This document shows positions 57,561-64,000 of a stretch of DNA of 64,000 bases, piece after piece; the first letter of the stretch is position 1; each line of letters starts with the position of its first letter. Origin of the DNA: Candidatus Woesearchaeota archaeon (GTDB lineage: Archaea; Nanobdellota; Nanobdellia; SCGC-AAA011-G17; JAGVZY01); assembly GCA_018302225.1 (NCBI GenBank), contig JAGVZY010000012.1, positions 11,191-75,190 of the forward strand. The letters are read 5' to 3'. Under the pieces are notes generated by a model, which ran no database searches, was not told the origin of the DNA, and saw nothing but the letters and a program-made list of their open reading frames with translations. A program made the position numbers and the translations under genes.

Positions 57561-59053
57561 TTCAAGGGCAATCTAACATGAAACTAAAAGTAAATGTTTT
57601 AGATGTTAAAACTGGGGGACCCCTGATAGTTGTTATTCCTAAGAAAGAAGCAATTAAACAAGACTTACATCCATTAAATAGGGTTAAATTAAAATATAAA
57701 AATAAAGAAGTAATTGTAGTTGTAGATATAATTGAAAATTCTGTTAAGCCAAATCATATGATTATATATAAAGAAGTTGCAGATTTGTTAGGTGTTAAAA
57801 AAAATAATTTAGTGGAATTAATTTATGAACCTGCTCCAAGTTCTGTTGAATATATTCTTGAAAAATTAAAAGGAGAAAAATTAAATTGTGAAAAAATAAA
57901 TACTATAATCAAAGATTTATTGTCAAATAGATTAAGTGAAGTTGAATTAACTTATTTTATTGCTGCTTGTTACCCTGATAAATTAAGCAATGACGAGATT
58001 TATTGTTTGACTAAAGCAATAGTTGAAAATGGTAAAAAATTAAATCTTGGAAAGAAAATGGTTTTAGACAAACATTGTATTGGAGGTATTCCAGGAAATA
58101 GAACTACAATGGTTGTTGTTCCTATCATTGCGTCATTAGGTTATACTATTCCTAAGACTTCTTCAAGAGCAATAAGTTCACCAAGTGGAACTGCAGATAC
58201 AATGGAGGCTTTAGCTAAAGTTGAATTTACTGCAGATGAAATTACTAAAATAATTAAAAAAACTAATTCGTGTATTGCTTGGGGTGGTGCAATGAATTTA
58301 GCTGCTGCAGATGATAAATTAATAAGATTAAGACATCCATTAAGTTTAGATCCTGAAGGGATGTTAGTTGCTTCTATTATGGCCAAGAAATTGGCTGTTG
58401 GATCTACACATGTTCTAATTGATGTTCCTATCGGGTTAAAAGCAAAAATACAAAACTTAAAACAAGGAAAATCTTTGAAAAAGAAATTTTTAATGATTGC
58501 AAAAAAGTTTAATATTAAAATGAGGGTGGTTTTTACAAATGGTATTAATCCTATTGGTTACGGTGTGGGTCCTGTATTGGAAGCCAAAGATGTTTTAGAA
58601 ACTTTAAGAGGAGAGGGGCCTAAAGATTTAAGAGAGAAATCTATAGAATTAGCAACTAAATTGTTAGAATTAGTCGGACATAGAAATCCCAAAGAATCAG
58701 TTGAATATGTTTTGAATAGTGGTTTGGCTTATAAAAAGATGTGTGAAATAATAAACGCCCAGGATGGAAAGATTACAGATCCTAACAAATTAAAAGTTGG
58801 GGAATATAAAAAAGAATTTTATGCTGAAAGAACAGGAAAAATAAATTCATTTAATATGAAAACCATAAAAACTATTGCGAGAATTGCAGGTGCTCCAGTT
58901 GATAAAGGTGCAGGTATTTTGTTAAATGTTATAATAAATCAAGAAGTAGTTAGGGGAGATAAAATATTCACTATTTATTCTGAAAGTCAAGATAAATTAA
59001 AACAAGCAATTTGGACTTTAAAATATATGAAAAAATTAGTTGAAGTTAAATAG
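57551..59053 (+). CDS. deoA: AMP phosphorylase / thymidine phosphorylase-family protein (DeoA)
   Basis: About 500 aa with the AMPpase N-terminal extension (MKLKVNVLDVKTGG), a glycosyl-transferase family 3 core, and a C-terminal PYNP domain. The real start is probably Met10. Confidence 0.8.
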   Translation: MEIIQGQSNMKLKVNVLDVKTGGPLIVVIPKKEAIKQDLHPLNRVKLKYKNKEVIVVVDIIENSVKPNHMIIYKEVADLLGVKKNNLVELIYEPAPSSVEYILEKLKGEKLNCEKINTIIKDLLSNRLSEVELTYFIAACYPDKLSNDEIYCLTKAIVENGKKLNLGKKMVLDKHCIGGIPGNRTTMVVVPIIASLGYTIPKTSSRAISSPSGTADTMEALAKVEFTADEITKIIKKTNSCIAWGGAMNLAAADDKLIRLRHPLSLDPEGMLVASIMAKKLAVGSTHVLIDVPIGLKAKIQNLKQGKSLKKKFLMIAKKFNIKMRVVFTNGINPIGYGVGPVLEAKDVLETLRGEGPKDLREKSIELATKLLELVGHRNPKESVEYVLNSGLAYKKMCEIINAQDGKITDPNKLKVGEYKKEFYAERTGKINSFNMKTIKTIARIAGAPVDKGAGILLNVIINQEVVRGDKIFTIYSESQDKLKQAIWTLKYMKKLVEVK

Positions 59054-59085
59054 AATATTAAAATAAATTAAATAAAAAAGAAGTC

Positions 59086-59313
59086 TTACCTTCTTTTCTT
59101 CTTTTTTGGTTTTGATGATTTCTTTTTTGCTGCACGCATATCAAGTGCTAAATCCTTTTCAATTAACTTTTCTTGATGCATTAATACACGAACAATCTTC
59201 TCATCTATAACATCAATTTTTGTTTCAAGAACAAATATTCTTCTCAGGGCATAAATCATCCCAGCCACAGCTCCAAGTAGAACATAAAGTATGAGTGCTA
59301 TGTTAGTTTCCAT
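59086..59313 (-). CDS. 75-aa single-TM protein with polybasic tail (KKKSSKPKKKKRR)
   Basis: ORF only. It is divergent from the P-type ATPase. Confidence 0.3.
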   Translation of the reverse strand: METNIALILYVLLGAVAGMIYALRRIFVLETKIDVIDEKIVRVLMHQEKLIEKDLALDMRAAKKKSSKPKKKKRR

Positions 59314-59430
59314 TAAATCACCTCTAATTGTGTTATATTTAGATTATATGCTTTAAATAATTTGTTCACTATTTTAAAAGAGTATCATTTTAGATTTTAA
59401 TTTAGTTATATAAAAAAGGTTTTTATAGTA

Positions 59431-62091
59431 GTGATTATTTTAAAGAATATGTTGAAATATAGGGGGCTAACTAATAAACAAGCTGAAAATAATTTAAAAC
59501 AGTATGGCTTTAATGAACTAAAAGAAATTTCTAAAAAAACTCCATTAAATATTTTATTTAAACAAGTTAGAAACAATTTTGTTATTTATTTAATTTTGTT
59601 TGCAACTATTATCTCTTTTTTTGTTGGTAAATATGTTACTGCTTATACTTTAATTTTTGTAATTTTAATGGTTGTAGCAGTAGGATTTGTACAAGAGTAT
59701 AGATCTGAAAAAGCTATAGCTGCTTTAAAAGGTATGTTGGTTCCAGTTTCTTTAGTAATAAGAAAGGGTAAGGAGCAAGAAATATTTTCTAAACATATTG
59801 TTCCAGGAGATATTTTAATTTTAAGGAATGGTGAAAAAATTCCGGCAGATTGTTTGGTTTTAGAAGAAATGGAACTCAGAGTTAATGAATCTATTTTAAC
59901 TGGTGAATCTAAGGATGTAACTAAAAAAGTTAGTAGTAAAAAAGAGTATACTGATGAGAATTTAGTATTTATGGGTACTTATATTGTTAATGGTAGATGT
60001 ATAGTAAAAGTTATTCATACTGGAATGAATACTAAATTTGGAAATATTGCAGAATTGATTTCTACTACAGAAAAGGAACTTCCTTTACAAAATAAAATAA
60101 ACAAAGTTGCAAAATATATGGCTATCATGGCAATTTTAGTTTCTGTTTTAACTGGTTTAATTATGTTTTTAAGAGCTACGAGTATTACTGAAGAAATTGT
60201 AATAAATATTCTTATTATGGTTATTGCTTTATCTGTTTCTGCATTTCCAGAAGGATTCCCGGTTGTTTTGATAACTACCTTGGCATTTGGAGCATATAAG
60301 ATGGCTAAGCAGAATGCTATTGTAAATAGAATGTCTATTATTGAGACACTTGGTGAAACAACAGTTATTTGTGCTGATAAAACCGGAACTTTAACAAAAG
60401 GAGAAATGACTGTTAGAACTATTTTTGCAGATAATAATCTTTTTAAAATTACTGGAGTAGGTTATGAAGGTAAAGGAGATTTCCTTTTGGATAAACAGAA
60501 AATAGATCCTGTTAATGATGCTGTTCTGAAAAATCTTTTGTATGGGGCTGTACTGTGTAATGATGCTATAATTGAAAGAACGGGAAATGATATGGAATTT
60601 AAAACAATTGGTTCTCCTACTGAATCTGCTTTATTAGTTTTAGGTGCTAAGGCTAATTTATTTAAAGAGGATTTTAAATTTGAAAGGGTGCAAGAGTTAC
60701 CTTTTAATTCTGATAGAAAAATGATGTCTGTTTTATGTCAGAAAGGTAAAGAGAAATTTGTTTATTCTAAGGGTGCACCTGAATTTTTATTAAAAAAATG
60801 TAAGTTTATTCAAACTAAAGATGGAGTTATTGAATTAGATAATAAACAGAAGAAAAAAATTAATTCTATTACTAAAAAAATGGCTAGAAATTCTTTGAGA
60901 ACTGTGGGATTGGCTTATAAAACTATGAAAACTTTTACAAAAGATCATTTTGAAGAAGATTTGATATTTGTAGGTTTAGTTGGAATGGAAGATCCTGCAC
61001 GTGAGGAAGTTAAAGAATCTATTGAAACTTGTAAAAATGCGGGAATTAAAGTAAAAATGATTACAGGAGATAATAAAGAAACTGCAAAATCTATTGCCAA
61101 AGAAATTGGTTTAGTTGGAGATTTAATCGAAGGTTATGACTTAGATAAATTAACTGATGATGAGCTTGCTAAATCTATCAATAAAATAGTTATTTTTGCA
61201 AGAGTTAAACCTGAACATAAACTGAGGATTGTTAGTGCTTTGAAAGCAAATGGGGAGATTGTAACTATGACCGGGGATGGAGTTAATGATGCCCCTGCAT
61301 TAAAAGATGCGCATATAGGGATTGCAATGGGTAAAAATGGAACTGATGTTTCTAGGTCTGTTGCAGACTTAACATTGAAAGATGATAATTTTCATACTAT
61401 TGTTGTTGCAATAAGAGAAGGTAGAACTATATTTAAAAATATAAGAAAGTTTGTGACTTATCAATTGTCTTGTAATTGTGCTGAATTATCTATTTTATTT
61501 TTTGGTGTATTATTATCTCCTTTGTTGGGTTGGGAAGCGCCGTTGTTATTATCTTTACAGATTTTATTTATGAACTTAGTAACAGATGATCTTCCTGCAA
61601 TTACTCTTGGTTTAAATCCCACATCAAGGGATATAATGAATGAATCTCCTAGAAGAAATTCAGAAATATTAAATAAGAAATTAATTGCCTTATTAGTCTT
61701 TAATGGAGCATTATTAGCTGGATTAACTTTAATTTCCTACTACTTATCGTTTAACTTATTTGGTGAGAATACAGAATACTCTAGAACTGTCGCTTTATTT
61801 TCTCTAATTGGTTTAGAAATTGTTTCAGCATTTAATTTTAGATCTTTAAGAAAAAAAGTATTAACTAGGAGTCCGTTAGTAAATCCTTATTTATTTTATG
61901 CTTCTTTGATATCTTTAGCTGCAACTTTTATTATAATTTATACTCCTGTAAATAAAATCTTTGGAACTATACCTTTGAGATTGGAAGGATTTATTATTAT
62001 GGTTGGATTATCTTTACTTTTAATTTTAATATTTGATTTACTTAAATATGCCAATTCTAAATTAAAATTCTTTGATGTAGAGCATATATAG
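59431..62091 (+). CDS. P-type cation-transporting ATPase (type II, Ca2+/cation)
   Basis: Has the phosphorylation site DKTGTLT, the TGES actuator motif, the TGDGVNDAPAL hinge, and 10 TM helices. Confidence 0.9.
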   Translation: MIILKNMLKYRGLTNKQAENNLKQYGFNELKEISKKTPLNILFKQVRNNFVIYLILFATIISFFVGKYVTAYTLIFVILMVVAVGFVQEYRSEKAIAALKGMLVPVSLVIRKGKEQEIFSKHIVPGDILILRNGEKIPADCLVLEEMELRVNESILTGESKDVTKKVSSKKEYTDENLVFMGTYIVNGRCIVKVIHTGMNTKFGNIAELISTTEKELPLQNKINKVAKYMAIMAILVSVLTGLIMFLRATSITEEIVINILIMVIALSVSAFPEGFPVVLITTLAFGAYKMAKQNAIVNRMSIIETLGETTVICADKTGTLTKGEMTVRTIFADNNLFKITGVGYEGKGDFLLDKQKIDPVNDAVLKNLLYGAVLCNDAIIERTGNDMEFKTIGSPTESALLVLGAKANLFKEDFKFERVQELPFNSDRKMMSVLCQKGKEKFVYSKGAPEFLLKKCKFIQTKDGVIELDNKQKKKINSITKKMARNSLRTVGLAYKTMKTFTKDHFEEDLIFVGLVGMEDPAREEVKESIETCKNAGIKVKMITGDNKETAKSIAKEIGLVGDLIEGYDLDKLTDDELAKSINKIVIFARVKPEHKLRIVSALKANGEIVTMTGDGVNDAPALKDAHIGIAMGKNGTDVSRSVADLTLKDDNFHTIVVAIREGRTIFKNIRKFVTYQLSCNCAELSILFFGVLLSPLLGWEAPLLLSLQILFMNLVTDDLPAITLGLNPTSRDIMNESPRRNSEILNKKLIALLVFNGALLAGLTLISYYLSFNLFGENTEYSRTVALFSLIGLEIVSAFNFRSLRKKVLTRSPLVNPYLFYASLISLAATFIIIYTPVNKIFGTIPLRLEGFIIMVGLSLLLILIFDLLKYANSKLKFFDVEHI

Positions 62092-62112
62092 ATTAAATTA
62101 TTAAAAGAAATT

Positions 62113-63840
62113 TTACTCTAAAATCTTTTCCATCATTGATGCAAATGCTGGTCTTGTAATAAGAACACCGATTGTGATTCCAACTATTGTTGTGAATGCA
62201 AATCCTCTTAATAATCCTGCTGCTGTGTTCCATAAAGGTATCATTGCAACAAAGGTTGTACAATAAGCAGTAAGTATAATTCCAAATGCTCTTTTTATTT
62301 TTTGTTTCCAACTTAATGTTTCTTTTTTATCTTTACCTGAAAGAAGTTCATCTGTAATAACTATTTGATCATCTATGCCTGTTCCAATAGAAGCAACAAA
62401 TCCCGCTATAGACGGTAAGTCTAAATTCCATTTAAATAATGCTGCAAATCCAAGTACGATTAATAATTCACTAAATAAGTTAATTGCAATTGGAATTAAT
62501 AATTTTAATTTTCTATATCTAATATATACAACTGCAAGAACACCTAAGAATGCGAGTACTCCAATTAATAAAGCATTTTTAGTAAATTGTTCCCCCATAA
62601 TAGGACTAACTTCTTCGAGACTTACAATTTCCATTTCAAAGGGTAAGCTTCCTGTAATCATTACTGTTTGAAGTCTATTCATTTCTGCAAGTGCATTTTG
62701 CATTGCTGTTTGACTTGTTTTTCCAACTCCTGGTCCAGAAATTGAAATGCTTTGGCTAGGGTTTCCTTTTAAGTCTTTTCCAATGTTTAAGCTGCTTACA
62801 AATCTTCCATCCAAATATAAATCTAAAGTTTCATTAACATAAGTTCCAGTTTCTTTTGTTACTAAATCTAAATCTTTAGTAATTGCTGCTTGTTTTTGTG
62901 CGGCTTCTTCACTTAACCGTATTGCAAATTCAAAGTTACAAATATACTCGTTTTGTGCAGTTTGACCACAACTTTGTATTCCTGCGCATGAACCATCTCC
63001 TCTACAAACATATCTTATATCTCTTTTTTCTCCTGTAAATACTAAATCATCTCCGATTCTTGCTTCGAATTTACCTTGTTTTGCAACAAATTCTTCAATC
63101 TCTTCTTTTGTTGCACCCGCTAGTTCTATTGAGATATAATGATTATTTAGGTTATCAGAAACAGATCTTATTTTCATTTCTCTTAAACCATAAATATTTA
63201 GTTTATTAGTAAGAATTTCAATCATAAGAGTAAGATTTTCTTCAGAAACTTCTTCAGTAGGTTTCAAAATAACTCTTGCACCGCCATCTAAATCAAGTCC
63301 TTTCTTAATATTTGATGAACTTACTTGTTTTACTTTTATTGAAGGCACCTTAGTTATTAAAAGAGAATAATCTTTTTTAGTTGTTGAGATTTCTAATTTT
63401 GAATAAGGTAAAATATCATAATAATGGTTTATAAAATCTTGTTCTAAATTGATTTCATAACTATCTATTTTTTTGATTATAGAATTGTTTTCAAGACCTT
63501 GGATTTTTGAATTTATAACTGTAAGATTTTTTAATTCAAATCCTAATTCTCCTTTAGAAGTATAAGTTACTGTAGACTTATCCGTAATAATTATTATTTC
63601 TTTTTCAGGTATTTTTATTGATTCTAAAGCAGATTCAAAGTCTTTAATATCTTTTATTTCTAGATTATTTACAGATCTTATTATATCTCCCGAAGTTATT
63701 CCTGCATCTTTAATAATTTCATCTGAATAAGTAACTTCAACTCCTAAGGTGTTTAATCTTGGGGAGATTGAAAGTATAGCTATGATTAAAAAAAATATCA
63801 AAATCCATACTCTTAATGTTAAATATTTTTTTAGTGACAT
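62113..63840 (-). CDS. secD: protein-export membrane protein SecD
   Basis: Has an N-terminal TM helix, a large periplasmic-type domain, and a C-terminal 5-TM bundle (GTGIDDQIVITD). Confidence 0.8.
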   Translation of the reverse strand: MSLKKYLTLRVWILIFFLIIAILSISPRLNTLGVEVTYSDEIIKDAGITSGDIIRSVNNLEIKDIKDFESALESIKIPEKEIIIITDKSTVTYTSKGELGFELKNLTVINSKIQGLENNSIIKKIDSYEINLEQDFINHYYDILPYSKLEISTTKKDYSLLITKVPSIKVKQVSSSNIKKGLDLDGGARVILKPTEEVSEENLTLMIEILTNKLNIYGLREMKIRSVSDNLNNHYISIELAGATKEEIEEFVAKQGKFEARIGDDLVFTGEKRDIRYVCRGDGSCAGIQSCGQTAQNEYICNFEFAIRLSEEAAQKQAAITKDLDLVTKETGTYVNETLDLYLDGRFVSSLNIGKDLKGNPSQSISISGPGVGKTSQTAMQNALAEMNRLQTVMITGSLPFEMEIVSLEEVSPIMGEQFTKNALLIGVLAFLGVLAVVYIRYRKLKLLIPIAINLFSELLIVLGFAALFKWNLDLPSIAGFVASIGTGIDDQIVITDELLSGKDKKETLSWKQKIKRAFGIILTAYCTTFVAMIPLWNTAAGLLRGFAFTTIVGITIGVLITRPAFASMMEKILE

Positions 63841-63841
63841 T

Positions 63842-64000
63842 TTATTCTATATGTTTTTTTTCAGCATACCATTTTAGTAATGATGCATTTTGTAAATATG
63901 TTATAAAAATATCTAGGGTTAGGCCTATAATCATAATTAAAAAGATTTGTTTGAAGATTTCAATGTTAGTAAATATATAACCAATTAAAACAGCAATGAT
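63842..64000 (-). CDS. secF: SecF, C-terminal fragment (gene continues beyond window)
   Basis: Own translation: ...IIAVLIGYIFTNIEIFKQIFLIMIIGLTLDIFITYLQNASLLKWYAEKKHIE*. Its stop is 1 nt before the secD start. Confidence 0.55.
   Translation of the reverse strand: MIAVLIGYIFTNIEIFKQIFLIMIIGLTLDIFITYLQNASLLKWYAEKKHIE

Noticed and set aside
1167-62671. Many 60-143-aa track ORFs antisense to or out of frame within clear genes. These are 1167-1385, 9531-9716, 9906-10124, 12424-12660, 14263-14514, 15843-16058, 18673-18900, 19355-19558, 22535-22726, 27256-27438, 28458-28778, 29379-29810, 30261-30800, 32829-33035, 34571-35070, 38511-38744, 39586-39861, 47966-48205, 50211-50396, 52398-52601, 55296-55496, 55892-56146, 57206-57493, 58141-58386, 62093-62311 and 62375-62671.
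   Set aside because: They are artefacts of AT-rich sequence: low-complexity F/L/I/S-rich translations nested in well-supported genes on the other strand or frame.
1-64000. CRISPR arrays, rRNA genes, integrases/transposases
   Set aside because: By eye I found no regular direct-repeat arrays, no rRNA-like GC-rich blocks, and no recombinase motifs. The only tandem repeat is the in-frame duplication inside the surface-protein gene.

Overview
This is a 64 kb window of very AT-rich, tightly packed coding DNA. The gene content is archaeal: FtsZ, L15e, GatDE, TrmB, aIF5A, deoxyhypusine synthase, PdaD, a Dph6-like protein, archaeal-type ProRS, and a form-III RuBisCO with the AMP-salvage enzymes. It is most consistent with a small-genome, DPANN-like archaeon; that is an inference from gene content and compactness, not from a database hit. 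Most genes are housekeeping and overlap or abut their neighbours.

Recognisable blocks:
- An aspS-gatC-gatA operon with a bacterial-length AspRS, and a separate gatD-gatE pair.
- An e2b2-HAD-RuBisCO operon, with AMP phosphorylase nearby.
- PdaD next to deoxyhypusine synthase, and elsewhere a 65-aa aIF5A N-domain-only gene.
- A tRNA-Arg(UCG).
- Two wHTH-nucleotidyltransferase genes, one with an overlapping HEPN partner.
- A frameshifted DNA-alkylation-repair pseudogene.
- A glycosyltransferase-flanked 835-aa Cys-rich repeat surface protein carrying a recent ~190-nt tandem duplication.

The most system-like unexplained locus is a translationally coupled triad at 31.8-36.7 kb: a zincin(HExxH)-linker-VWA protein, a MoxR-type AAA+ ATPase with a Cys-cluster extension, and a 393-aa ORFan.

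No CRISPR array, rRNA, or obvious transposase/integrase was seen. All calls are from reading the translations and sequence by eye; no searches were run.
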